A stretch of DNA of 64,000 nt from Hormiphora californensis (taxonomy: Eukaryota > Animalia > Ctenophora). The stretch is taken from assembly GCA_020137815.1 (NCBI GenBank), contig CM035355.1, forward strand, positions 496,001 to 560,000, given 5' to 3'. A model generated the notes under the pieces. The model saw only the letters and a list, made by a program, of their open reading frames with translations, was not told the DNA's origin and did not search any database. The position numbers and the translations under genes are program-made. Shown here one piece after another: positions 13,118 to 26,900 of this stretch. The stretch's first letter is position 1, and every line of letters starts with the position of its first letter.

Positions 13118-14380
13118 TATTATTATTATTATTATTATTAAATCTATATAATTTACACAATTTAATTGTATAAATAAGCCCCTTTTTTGTGGGCAAATAC
13201 GGGTTACCGATAGATATTAAAGTTCATTGAAGATACCCATTATGAAAAGTCTATCACCCCCCTCCGTACCCGGAATTGGCCTCCAGGATTCGAGTCCCTC
13301 AACTCCTTCAACGTTTGGTGGAGTTCTCTCCTCTCACTTCTCTCTGCGAAGGACATATCCCTTGCAAGATATACACCACAGTACGATTCTAACTGTTTTA
13401 GCTGCTTTGCCTTCTGGAGAAGGCTCAGCAGCATTTCCCTACTCTGTAGCTTCACAATCACTGGTCTCTCCCTTCCTCCCCGTTTCAAACCCACCCTTCT
13501 AGCTTCTATGGTCGGTTTCTCGCCTAGCTCAGCAAAAATATTTTCCACTTCCCCCTTTAACACAGATTCAGTTTCATCCTCACATTCCGGTAGACCAAAC
13601 ACCATCAGATTTTTCGATCTGTCTGGGCCGGTATCAACTGGCTTGTGCGTGACCTTTTCCACGGCTTTCTGGATCTTTTTCGATGCAAACGCAATCTTGC
13701 AATTCTGTGTGACGACTGCAGAGAAAGTACGCAAATCTTTCTGTACCGTCTCGGTAACTCGATTCAGTTGCTCGCCCTGAAGCTCAATAACCTGCTCTTG
13801 TAACTTGACAGTTCTTCTCAAAAGATCATCACACTCCACTTTCAACTTCTCCTCCTGCTCCTGCAACTCGAGAGATTTTCTCAACAGTTCATCTCGCTCC
13901 TCTTTGAGTTCATCTCGCTCCTCTTTGAGTACCATCTCAGGGGTTTTCTCGGCAAAGATATGACGCTCAAAGTGTTTTAGAACAATAAACGTTGCAAAGC
14001 TCATTTCTTCAATCAGTTGCTTTAGCTCATATTTCGTGTGTACAGAGTTGATTTTAACTGATGACGGTATTTCAGCATCGTTGAAATTTGGACTGCTCCT
14101 GCACTTTTTTAAGACATTGCCAGCGACAGAGCTCTCTCCACTTTTGGCCAGCGTCAGAATCCGTCTTACAGCAAAGTCCAATTCTCGTTGTTCGTCTGCC
14201 ATTATCTTACGTTCTGCCCTTTGGGGCCGTTACATCGCCATGTTGCTGAAACTCAAATTAATTTGTTTAAAGTAGTGTTGAAAAGTTTGAAACAAAAAAG
14301 TAAAAACCTGTTTTGGTTTTTTGTTTTGTTTTTACCGCCGTTTTCGCTGCTTTTTGGGCATTTAACGTGTGCTTAGCCTA
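13118..14380 (-). mobile_element. Non-autonomous ORF1-only retroelement with (TAA)n tail
   Basis: The ORF1 stop at 13240 is followed by about 100 nt of 3' UTR with the hairpin ATTTATACAAT-TAA-ATTGTGTAAAT, then a (TAA)n tail at 13118-13140. No endonuclease or RT follows. The 5' end is approximate. Confidence 0.65.
13240..14202 (-). CDS. LINE ORF1p-like protein (coiled coil + RRM + CTD), 320 aa, in an ORF1-only retroelement
   Basis: Intronless ORF with a coiled coil (KEERDEL repeats), RSKNLMVFGLPE, RRVG..RERPVIVKL and VYLARDMSFAERSERR, motifs typical of CR1/L2-group ORF1p. Confidence 0.8.
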   Translation of the reverse strand: MADEQRELDFAVRRILTLAKSGESSVAGNVLKKCRSSPNFNDAEIPSSVKINSVHTKYELKQLIEEMSFATFIVLKHFERHIFAEKTPEMVLKEERDELKEERDELLRKSLELQEQEEKLKVECDDLLRRTVKLQEQVIELQGEQLNRVTETVQKDLRTFSAVVTQNCKIAFASKKIQKAVEKVTHKPVDTGPDRSKNLMVFGLPECEDETESVLKGEVENIFAELGEKPTIEARRVGLKRGGRERPVIVKLQSREMLLSLLQKAKQLKQLESYCGVYLARDMSFAERSERRELHQTLKELRDSNPGGQFRVRRGVIDFS

Positions 14381-14628
14381 CATATCCAGCAACTTTCTTG
14401 TACAGAATAATGCTCTGTAATTTTCCTTTGCCCACAGTTTTACTTATTTTTCAATGGCAGAGTGACGTCGGAGTCTCTGACAGGGATGGCGCCGTCCCTG
14501 GTCTTTGGCTGACTGTTGCAGTTGGTCAAACCAACCAACATTTTACTTTTGTATCAGTCTGATTCAACTTTCAAGCCACCTATCTAGGCCGCTTATGTAT
14601 TTAGAAACATCCAGTGAAAGATAGCGTA

Positions 14629-17360
14629 ATGGATAGAAACGGACCCGTCAGTAAGTCTTAAAACACAACAACAACCCCGTATCTGAATTCAGATCACACA
14701 AATTCAAATACCTAAACGAAATGATTACCAGGTCGTGTGACGGTGACATCGTATCATAGAAAATGTGACATACAGATAACGAGTGATACAACTGGCCTTG
14801 AAATTATTGGAGACGTTTGTGATATCTTCAAACTTCCGGAGGTAACACGATAACAATGCATTATTTGTTATATAGATTATATAAACTATAATGCATGAGT
14901 GTATATTCATTTGAAACTATGTAATAGGTTAAGGCGCCATATCCAATAAAGGCCCCATATCAAATCCAGTAACGTATGATATCACCTTTATTGTTTTAGC
15001 GTGGTCCAGGGTCGGGAGAATAGAGAGGGAGAATAGAAAGAACTTGTGTGTGTGTGGGTTTGTGTACACAATGAAGAGGAAGTTAATACCTTGTACTATT
15101 AGAGAGAGAGAGAGAGCTGGGTGAATTGGAGGGAGAGCTATGCAAAGGAATGTGGAGGACAGAGAGAATGAGCTAGTGATGACTAAATGGAAAGTACCGG
15201 CAGCGTCTGTCTATAGAATAAGAAAATTGAGATGGGCCAGTGAGGGTATGAGCATTGAGTAAATCTATCTAGAGAAAGATTTCGTTAACTATTTCTGGAG
15301 CCGAACCTGAGTCGTTTAAACTGATAAACGGCAATTGAGTTTATAAAAACTTCAAATTATGATGTTAAGTTTTTTACACAAACATAATAATGCATATTTT
15401 ATATCTCATTCGACCTTTGTCCGATAGGGAGAACCTTAGGTAAACTTGTTACCAAGGAGGGAACCCGGGGGAGGGAAGACATTTCACAGATCTCTATGTC
15501 TTATCACAGTGATACACACCGTTCCTCCTTAGTACCGCCCTCCAGTGTATCTGTGTGTCCTTGACTGGCTTTCACTTGTCGCGACAAACACTCCCTGAGA
15601 AAGAGAGGGAGAGATACAGTCTAGAGAGAGAGAAAGAGAGAACAGTAGAGAAAGAAAAAACAGTAGAGAGCGTGTTTGTGTATGTCTAGAGAAGTGAAAT
15701 GATAAAGGAAAGAGAGCGATATCATATGTTTGTTTTGTTCACGGCATATTTCCTAACAATCATTCTAGGTAAACCATATGGTTTCATCTGGGTAGTCTGT
15801 GGCAATGTTACCAAAATTGTACAGTCGGACCCCGATTTAACGGCCCCCGATTTAGCGGAACCCCGATTTAACGGCAGCATAATATATGGGAAATTAACAT
15901 TATTTGACCCCGATTTAGCGGACACCCCTCACCCCGATTTAACGGATAAAATCCTTTCCCCCGAGGGTGCCGTTAAATCGGGGTCCGACTGTATATAACA
16001 AGGTATTGTGTAGTTCACATCGCATTTTATTTTATGAAATGACGAGCGCCCGTTCGGTAGAGCAACCAAGAATACCAACATATTTCGTCCTCCTCACACT
16101 GCTGCAATATATAAATGGGGGGTAATATGGTAGTTCTGGGCTGAACATTTTCGACCGCTTTAAAGCGCTTTAAAGCGTTTGAGAAAGCGCTTTATAGCGC
16201 TATAAAGCGCTTTAAAGCGGTACCGCTTTAAAGCGCACCGCTTTAAAGCGCTTTTAAAGCGCTAAAAGCGCTTTAAAGCGATTCTTGTAACGATTTAAAG
16301 CGCTTTTGAAAGCGCTATAAAGCGCTTTCGCAAGCGCTTTAAAGCGCTACCGCTTTAAAGCGCTTTTTTTGTTCAAAATCCAAAAATAAAGCGCTTTAAA
16401 GCGCTTTAAAAGCGCTTTAAAAAGCGCTATAAAGCGCTTTTAAGAACGCTTTATAGCGCTTTAAAGCGCTTTTAGCGCTTTATAGCGCTTTAAAGCGCTT
16501 TAAATCGTACAGTAGCGCTTTAAAGCGCTTTTTAAAGCACTTTTAAAAGCGATCTAAAAAGCACTTTTAAAAAGCACTTTTAAAAAGCGCTACAAAGCGC
16601 TATAAAGCGCTTTTGTAGCGCTATAAAGCGCTTTGTAGCGCTACAAAAAGCGCTTTATAGCGCTACAAAAAGCGCTTTTTAGCGCTTTCGAAAGCGCTTT
16701 ATAGCGCTATATAGCGCTTTGAAAAGCGCTTTAAAAAGCGCTTTTTATAGCGCTACAAAGCGCTTTAAAGCGCTATAAAAAGCGCTTTTTAGCGCTTTAA
16801 AAAGCGCTATGAAAAGCGATTTCGAAAGCGCCTTTTAGCGCTACAAAAAGCGCTTTATAGCGCTATAAAAAGCGCTTTAAAAAGCGGTTTTAAAAGCGCT
16901 TTAAAGCGCTATAAAAAGCGCTTTATAGCGCTTTATAGCGCTTTTAAAAGCGCTTTCGAAAGCGCTATAAAGCGCTAGAAAGCGCTTTAAAGCGTTTGAG
17001 AAAGCGCTTTATAGCGCTTTTTAAAGCGCTTTTAAAGCGCTTTAAAGCGCTTTATTTTTGGATTTTGAACAAAAAAAAGCGCTTTAAAGCGGTAGCGCTT
17101 TAAAGCGCTTGCGAAAGCGCTTTATAGCGCTTTCGAAAGCGCTTTAAATCGTTACAAGAATCGATTTAAAGCGCTTTTAGCGCTTTAAAGCGGTGCGCTT
17201 TAAAGCGGTACCGCTTTAAAGCGCTTTATAGCGCTATAAAGCGCTTTCTCAAACGCTTTAAAGCGCTTTAAAGCGGTCGAAAATGTTCAGCCCAGAACTA
17301 CCATATTACCAAATGGGGAAGGTGCTCATATGAACATTTCACATCAGCCCATTTAGAGTT

Positions 17361-17417
<57 letters not shown>

Positions 17418-19202
17418 GCCCACTCTCTATCCCTCCCTTTCCCTTTGCAGCCAGCATATTTTGGTATAAAGATGAAGCGAGAGGGCGAGATGCACTGGGT
17501 TGAAAATGATGAAACAATAAGAATGGTGTGTGGCAAGAGGTGGGCTGAAACAGCGAGTGATATGGAGTTCAGAATACGATTCTTCCCACCCGATCTAACT
17601 CGAATAACTGACGATAATATCATGTGAGTATGATTCGGTGTAACTGATTCTAACCAAACTAGTAAATTCCTCGTGGGTATATTGAGGGAATTATATCATG
17701 TGTAAGTTTGTGAGTCTGTGTGTATAAACTCAGAAACCCCAGCCATATTAGGTTTCTTACCATATAATGGGCCCTAGGGGGTAATTCTAGCCAGATGTTT
17801 TATTTGTTGAAAGTTGTACCTGCCACCTGGTAACAGATTTCAGATTGTACTGTTAGAGTTATTGTAGTACATGAGTCTGGACAAGTAATATAATTCTCTA
17901 CAGTATAATTCTCTGACAGTTACACATACTACACTCACGTCCGAGATGGAGTGGTCGGGGGAGGAATTCTAATCGAACCAGCAACGGCAATATCTCTGGC
18001 AGCACTTATACTTCAAGGTAATGATCCTGTAATTAATTGGCATTTAATTATCGGAGGTTGTTGTTTGCTAGTTGCTGTTATCATTCATTATGGCGCCAAG
18101 GGCTTTTCAAAATTCTATGTAACCTTGTATTGTTCCTACAATTATTTTTTATTTTATAAATAATGCCGAGGGCGCGGGGTCGGTGCAACAGCACAAATGT
18201 AACCATAATTAAAAAAGTCATAGAATGCGAGTGTTTGAACACTGAGGAGCCGTTGTAATGGAAGAAGTATAGAGTTACCACGCCCCTCTTTTCTTCTCGT
18301 GATCTTCTCTACAAATACATCAGAGAGACTGACAATAATGCTCTTAAATTTTGAAACTTTTAAATTCATAACCACAGATTGTAGAGCACTTCCTTTAGAT
18401 GTCAGAATAATTTCGGGGCGCTGATCTAAATTCTAAAAACAAGAACAGTTAATAAACTGTCAAGTGTCAACCTAAAAAGATGCTTCACTTCCCTGAAATT
18501 CTGTAGTACTGAGACTTGGTTTCTAATCCCTTCCCTAACATATCTAACACGTCTCCCACCCTAACATGTCTCGCACCCTAACATGTCTCCCTTCCTAACT
18601 TGTCTCCCACCCTAACATGTCTCCAACCCTAAAATTTCTCCCATCCTAACATGTCTCCCACTATAACATGTCTCCCACCCTAACATGTCTCCGTCCCTAA
18701 CATGTCTCCAACCCTAACATGTCTCCCAACCTAACATGTCTCCCACCCTAACATGTCTCCCACCCTAACATGTCTCCAACCCTAACATGTCTCCTAACAT
18801 GTCTCCCACCCTAACATGTCTCCTATTCCAGCTGACTATGGTGACTACCAAGGACCAGAGAAACATGGAGCTGAGTTTATACGGTCCTCAAAATGTCTTT
18901 CTACTAGATACTCTACTGAGAGCTCTGCTATTATCGATAATATCACTACGGAGTACCAGTCACTGAGGTACATTATATCCACTGAATTGTTTCACTTTGT
19001 GAACACATCTTAATTAGTCGGTGGACTTTTCACTTTTCATATCATTACAATCTATGGCGGAGGCTAGTTAGAGAATAAGAAAGGGGTGGTGAGAGATAGA
19101 GAATGGTTAGAGAGGTGTGGAGGCTAAGATATGCGATATTCATGAGACACGATAACATAGTTGTGTATGTTGCTACCATGCTGACCACAAAAACAAACAC
19201 AC

Positions 19203-19275
<73 letters not shown>

Positions 19276-21621
19276 CCCTGTACCACAGTGGTATATCTCG
19301 TGTGGATTCGCAGCTGGAGTTCTTGGAACGATGCCAAAAGATTCCAGAATGCGGAGTGGACTACTATTCCACTAAGGTTAGTACTACACAGCAACCAACA
19401 TCTGTTCCATCGGAAGTTATATATATAGATATTCGAGGACTCCTTTTTGGATTTGCGTGATTAATAGGTTTAAGGACTTCTCAACCAGGGCTAGATGGCC
19501 GGTGGGGTTCTTAAAATTATGTAGCGAGGGACTATGCAGAGAGAGAGGGAGAGAGAGAGTGTGTAGATTACACTGTATAATCAATCCGTGGACATTTCCA
19601 ACCTACACACATTATTTGAATTATGTGAGAGGGGAGTCATCTTTCACCCTCCTCTGACGTTGAATTGCATTTTAGAGGGGGGGGGGGCTCTCTTTGCATT
19701 TTCAAATAATATATTGGGCATCGTTCCACCGCTCAACCGAATCTGTATATTATTATAGAGATTCGCGTGTGGCTATTGTTATGCTGGAGTGTTAGAGATG
19801 TTATAACATTTGACTGAGAATAGTTTGGCTTTCATTTATCACAACGAAATAATAAAGCTGTATTTAGGAGGCTTTAGGAGGCTTTCATTTATCAAGTGTT
19901 CATCAAGTCAATTGCTCAAATGCTTGATTTCACTTTTGCCCAGTTACCATGCATGAAACCACCACTCACCAGTCACCCCATACCTGAGCCAACAAGTGGT
20001 AAACAGTAGTAATATTGAATTATAAAGTTCACACACGCCCACTTTTATTAAACTAGAGTCATATCAGATACACAACTTAGCTACTCTTTCTTCAGTTTCA
20101 CTGACTTGACGTGGCTCTGTCCCATCTCTTACATCTCTCTTTTTCTCAGTTCTCTCTTTTTCTTTCTCAGTTCTATCTCTATCTCTCTCATTATTCGCTA
20201 AGATCCTCTGACCTCCCTCTCGCCTCTAGGACAAGTCTGGAGCTACATTTACCATTGGAGCAGGACACGAGGGAGTTTTTATTAAACACAACAAACTCGA
20301 CAACCTAATAGTCTTCAAGTGAGTGCTGAACAACTGCAATTCTGTGAATCTCAGTAATATCTCACTTCCCCCATTCTCATTCCTCACTTCCCTACAGATG
20401 GGTTGATATTGTGACAATGCGACACGAACAGAAGTTCCTTTGGCTCGAGGTAGTGGGGAAACGTCCCAGCACCTTTGAGATGGTAACTAATTGGAGCGCG
20501 CGTGTTGATGCGCGTTTGTGAGTACACCGTTGTGAGTGCGAGTTGTGCGCGCCAATCAAGACTCTGTAGATCCGTGACCACATGCGACAGATTAAAAACA
20601 CTTTACTAAAGTTAGTTAAGTAAGTATTACCTTTATGTTTATGACATGTGTGTCAGGATGAGAGAGAGAGGCAAAATAGTCTGAAAACGAACCATGGGTA
20701 TGCGAGAGATTTCTGTGTGTTGAGACAACAATCAATGGCCGTACTCTTTCTTTCATTTAATACAGTGTGCTTCTCATCTTGCAAATTTGATTCTGTATTC
20801 CTTCTCCTTGAAAATCCCCTCTCGTTTTTGTCCCGAGTTCCCACCTCCCTGCATATTATGTAACCTTTAATACCAGTGATACTAACCCGATATCCCTCTT
20901 TACAGAATACTAAGGGCATTGCAAGGCTGGTATTTACATCCTTCATCGCACAGCATAACTTCAAACTGGGAAAACGGCTGTCACCCTTTAAAACGTGAGT
21001 ATTGTACTCCAGATGTTTGAATCTAATGTTTTCCTGAATTCTCCGTAGATGTTTCAATTATTACTAACATCTAACACTGTACTGTTTCACAGATATGGTG
21101 AAAAGAGGTCAATAAAGAACAAGTCTTCGCATAATGTAAGTTCAATAATAGCATGACTGTAAAACTATTTTACTGTGACGGTTCCCTAAAACTTGCAGTA
21201 CTCGACCTCTCCCCATTTCCAAATTTCATCCTTCATCCTTCCCTTCAGGGCGACGGAAAGTCTCAAAAAAGTGAGTAATCTGTAAAATGGATTTAGTCAG
21301 TTACAAAGTGCCCATACCAACCTCTGACCCCCGTTTCTATCTCCCTTATGACTCATGTCTTTAGTTAGTCACTTAGTTCATCTCGACTCATATTATCACA
21401 CTTTCCGTCAATCTCATTTCTAATCTCTCTTACTCACCTTCTTTCTCTCTCTGTCTCTTCCTCACCATCTTTCTCTCTGTCTCGTTTCAAGAGGGAGTGG
21501 TAAAATTATCGCTTTTCTCATAATGTTGTCGTCTTATGCTGCGTAAGATTGATCCTCTGGACGTCAGGGTTCGGGTACACCGCTCAATTAATCAGCATCT
21601 CTCTATCTTTCTATCTATATT

Positions 21622-21686
<65 letters not shown>

Positions 21687-22063
21687 CTTAGAGTAATGAG
21701 AATTCGGCCTACTACTACGTATTACCAAAACAGAGCTGCACAATTTACTGTCAAAAGGAAGCTCTGCGTTTCTTCTCGGTATATGTTCACTATTTTAATT
21801 ATGAGAGAAAAGAGAAGGTCTCCTGACACTCTGTTCCCAGACCTGTCCTAATATAATAGCTGAGGCGTGTCTAATTATTTGCTTAACTCTGTTTACTGAA
21901 ATAGATAATATTCAAATCATTTCCACCGTACGTAGAACATATAACACGCTAGATATGAAATTTTATATTGCTAATAGCCTTCTTGCCACGTGTGCGTCGG
22001 TTTGAACTCAAGTGTAATTACTTCGAGCGCAGTTTACTCTTTCTTTGCCAGTATATCTATCTT

Positions 22064-22155
<92 letters not shown>

Positions 22156-23171
22156 ACCCTCTCTCTGATCTCTCTCTTTAGCTTTCATTTCCCTCTGCGT
22201 CTTTTGATTTTCCAGCCCTATTATTGTGTGTCTACTATTTTACAGTGCCCACTTTCTTCTGCAGAGAGATGTTTTGGGGGAATTAAGAGTTAGAGACAAG
22301 AGAAGACAGGAGCGGTTGAAACTTTTTAGTGATTTTGAATTCTAGCTACATGTTCCGGTACTCAGGTCTCAGTTAGTAAAGTCTGCAGTACTATAAACGT
22401 ACTACTCCTATGTTCAATAACAATGTCATTGGGACTAATGACAATATAGCCACAGAAATCCTTTAGTTCCTACTACATGGTTAGGGACCGAGAGAGTTCT
22501 TCATGGCCATTGCCTTGTATCGTGGTCACTGTTGTCAGGTCCCTGCACAACTCTCCAGTAAATTGTCTTGTTGTCTACAGCGTCCCATCAATCATCATCG
22601 TCCCATCAATCATCATCGAGAGACTAGAGAGAGACGGAGGTAGTCTAATTGTGGTTGTACTTGAAGTAGTACTTGGAGGAATTATTATAATTAGTCGTTT
22701 TTGAAGTGGGAGAACTACTGCAAGTTAATCCTTCCAATTTGCAATGTGGTCACAAGATATGAAGTAAGCAGGATATAAATCTTGTTCTAAATTTGAGATA
22801 CATGTCAAAAGTAACGGGTTCAGGTCTCAAATATTTGTATCTTCCTAACTGTATATCTCTCTATCCCTCTCCCTCTTTATCTATCAATCTATCTATCTAT
22901 CTCTCCCTACCCTGACATACTCTGGTTCTTCTCAATGTAATTATGCCAGACACAGATAGACAGTTCAAGCTATGAGATAGAGACATGGCCTAGAGATAGA
23001 GAGAGGGAGATAGAGAGATAGAGATAGATAGAGAGATGGTGATTTGAGACATGAACTCGTAATATTAGTGCAAACGACCGTGTGATCATGATATGTACAA
23101 GTTTCTCTCTCTGCCTCTCTCTCTCTGTCTCTCTCTGTCTCTCTCTGTCTATCTCTGTCTGTCTCTCTCTG

Positions 23172-23216
<45 letters not shown>

Positions 23217-23902
23217 ATCTCTCTCTCTCTCTCTCTCTCCCTGTGCTGAACCATTTCATACGTCAAATAATGCATACTGTCTCTATAATACTTTATATAA
23301 TGCATACTGTCTCTGTAATACTTTATACAGTATACTGTCTCTATAGCACCACATAGATACCACCCTCTGAAGTTTGATATGGTACCTTATGTTTTGACGT
23401 CAATTAATATCCATAGATCTGGCATGAATGTGCATGAAAATAAGGATACCATGTATAATCATGACTGTTTAGTGATGTCAACAGACGATACAATACATCA
23501 TCTCCAAATCACTTAATAGATATTACATAACTATATTAATGACATCTTTTAGGATCTATAATGTTGCGTCTAGCCTAACAAATATTTGTAACAAAATGTC
23601 AACTTCCGCCTTCACTGTAACACTAACGAATGATTCACCCATGTTTCACGGCCGTATTTCACATAGTTTCTTACAGTGTGAATGTCTGATACTGGTTTGT
23701 CACGTACATTTTGCAACAACTGGCCGCAGCAGGTTTCCGAACCTTGTTTCCTGTTTAAGTTCCGGTTACTGCGTACCTATCTTGACTCTGGGTATATAAA
23801 GTATTAGCATTTGGGTAAAATGAGCTGTATTGATATTTGCATTTGCTTGCAGAAGTATCAGCTTTCTCTCTCTGTTTCTCTCTTTCTCTCTCTCTCTCTC
23901 TC

Positions 23903-23986
<84 letters not shown>

Positions 23987-26900
23987 TGTCTCTCTCTGTG
24001 GTATCCCGCTCTCCCTCTGTCTCTCTCTCTCTCTCTCTGGTATCCCGCTCTCCCCCAATAACTAAACTAATCTACATTTGTACCACCAGCTTTGACGGTG
24101 CAACAGCCGCTACAGTTCAAATATTAATGTAGTCCACTAACTTTACTGTTGTTTACTAAGTTGCGTGCGTCACAGTCAACTAGCTTCCGGTACTCAATTA
24201 TTCTGGTTTTGATGGATATAATTTAGAATGTTGTGTCTACTATTTATCTTGACTTGGCAACTGTTTTTCGCCAAACAAAACCGCACGGCCAGATTTGAAT
24301 ATACGCACACAACTTGATATAGAGCTTATTTAGCTGATGTTTTGCGTCATCTAGCATCTCCCTCTACTGTCTAGACTGTATCTCTAATTATTGAGGATAA
24401 TCACTTAATGAGGAACAGTGCTAATGTTGTTAGATCATCGGTCAAGGATGAACTTATGAACTGAAAAAGTAGAGGAAGTGAGAGAGAAGGAGAGGGAGTG
24501 AGAGAGAAGGAGAAGAAGTGAGAGAGAAGGAGAGAAAAGGACGGAAATTAAAGTGAGATAGGTTTACTAGGAGAGGAGTATAATGATATATAGAGTCATA
24601 CGGCATGGCATTCCTCTGTGGTTTTTATTCAAGCTTTATGATCATTTTCCGTTCACTTCTGTGCTCTTCCCTCATATGTTCCCTATTCTTATGTTCTAGC
24701 TTTTGAACATTATGACTTGTGAATTGTAAGGCCAACTAATTAATGGACTACCGGTGCTGGGAGGTACGCCATTCTCGGTACGAGCAATGGCACAAACATC
24801 TCAAGTACTTTAACTATCCTGCCACACCAGCTTTTATAAGTAAGTTAATTCCTGGTAGAGGCCAGAGGGGGCATTCCTGGAGGGGGGGCCGGGGCTATTG
24901 TTTGGAATTCTCATGATCACGTTTAGAATTTGGCGAACCTTGCATTGTGTCATTTTGTTGTAATACACACGTAATCGATGGAGTAATTAAGTGATTAGGG
25001 TTTGCGTGGAAAGGCATTGTGCCGTAATCACTTAATGGGCTGTACAATTTTCCCTTGTTCGTTCTCCCTATCATAATTTGTCTCTCTCTTTCTCTCCCCC
25101 GTCCTTCTCCCTGCACAATTTTACCCTGAAAATATCACTGTAATTAACAAAACCAAAAGCAAGTGTTAGCTGAATGATGGTGATTTACTAACTAGCTAAA
25201 ATCCCCTCCTGCTCAGGTGAAGGTACTACTACACCACCCAGTAAGAGATCCCATCTACAGACAATAATACCCGTCCCTTCACCCTCAAAATCAGACTTGG
25301 TAAGACAGTTCTTTTATACTACAAAGTTGATCAATGTCCTCAATTTTCTGTTAGGATGTTTGGAAGTCTAGTGTCCACACTTGGAAAATGTATTTTAAAG
25401 GCAGGAGATTCTCCAATTGTGCAAATTCTTCTGACCTCGTTCCTCCCACCTAACAAATGTTTTACCCCGTGCAGCGGAACCATCTCCTAAAGATGCTGGC
25501 TGAGCCAGATGAGATAAGGATGGAATATCTGAGTGTTGATAAAACTAAAGCAGACCACAGTTTTATCGCTGCTAACTTGCCCCACAACAAACCAAATAAC
25601 AGGTATTTCTTACTTTACAATCTTACATCTAGGGTGTATTTTCTTTCTATTAGTCATGAACAAATGCCCAAAATTTCCAACAAAAGTCTAAGTACACAGT
25701 ACTGCTCATCTCCTTTGATCTCATCTCACTCTTCCCCCACTAGATTCAGAGATATTGTGCCCTATGATGACACGAGAGTGATACTGAAGCGAGGAGATGC
25801 AGAGTGCGACTATATTAACGCCAGCCATGTCGATGTGAGTCTTTGAAAATATTTTATGTCTATGAGACAGTTTAAACTCACTGCGTAACTCAGTTTCTGA
25901 CCTCGTATACAATTATCAGATTTCGGGAGCGCCCCACCGGTATATTTTATCACAAGGGCCTAAAGAGAACACGGTCCCTGATTTCTGGACAATGATTTGG
26001 GAACAAGGTTGTTCTGTAATCGCCATGGTTACACAACTCAGGTACATAATTTTCAAATATTCGAATTTTTAGACATACTCATGTCTCTATTTTTCATGCA
26101 AGGAAAGGTACATCATGATCATGTCTAACACTTTCTTGTTCAGGGAAGGGTACAAGCCAAAGTGTTTCCAGTATTGGCCTGCTGAGGAGGGTGGTGTTAT
26201 GGGGCTGGGTGATCTTACTGTAACACTATCTTTTGAACGGGATGATGTGCTGTTTGTGACAAGGAGGTTCTTACTGTACTCTAAATCAGCTGACAGATCG
26301 GTGAGTTATAATCAGACAATCATTTTGACTTACTTTGACTTAGGGCGGATTCCACGAGTGGTATTTCCGAACTCCATGAATAACACTTCTCCACCCGACA
26401 CGATCAGTCATAACAGTAGCCAACTCGGAGGTTTCCCTGAGTCCCGTGTCCCGCCTGAGTACATCCACAAAGGTCTGCTTTGGTCGCCCTCGCCTGGAAT
26501 TTCCGTGGAGAGGCTCCCAGAGTATGACCTTGTTGAGCGTAAGTTCAGGGTGACGCACAGCGTGACCGGCTAGTCGGAGTCTCCTTTCCGCTATTTTGGT
26601 GCTAAGGATAGGGAGATTTCCAATACCGTACAGCGTGGCATTGCTCATTTTAAGGAGGTACTGGTTTTATTTAGTGCCATCCGTAGCATCCTCGTGTAGG
26701 TACCGTCAAGACTCCTTTCCATGTCCTTGGTGAGCGTCCAGCTTTCGCACCCATACAACAGAACTGTTTCAACCGTTGCTACAAAAAGTCTGGCCTTGAT
26801 CTTATCGTTTAGTTTCGAATTCCAAACAGTCCTAAGCCCGTGACACGCGTTCCATGCTTTCGCCTTCCTAACCTTAATGTCCCTCTTAGAGTCCCTTACC

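Noticed and set aside
9679-14650. PDZ exons as part of the PTP gene (PTPN13-like)
   Set aside because: The PDZ exons lie upstream of the FERM domain (wrong order for PTPN13 or PTPN3/4), are frameshifted, and the PTP gene has its own ATG exon and a PTPN14/21-type tail.
16150-17280. CRISPR-like or prokaryotic repeat array
   Set aside because: No unique spacers or cas genes; lies in a eukaryotic intron and is bounded by TIRs and a TSD.
20657-20740. In-frame 84-nt cassette exon in the PTP gene
   Set aside because: Weak splice sites, and it would interrupt the FERM F3 lobe; 20906-20994 fits the domain directly.
21549-24132. LS/RE-rich ORFs and short antisense ORFs in the long PTP intron
   Set aside because: The LS/RE-rich ones are (CT)n/(GA)n translations; no consistent nested gene could be assembled from the rest.
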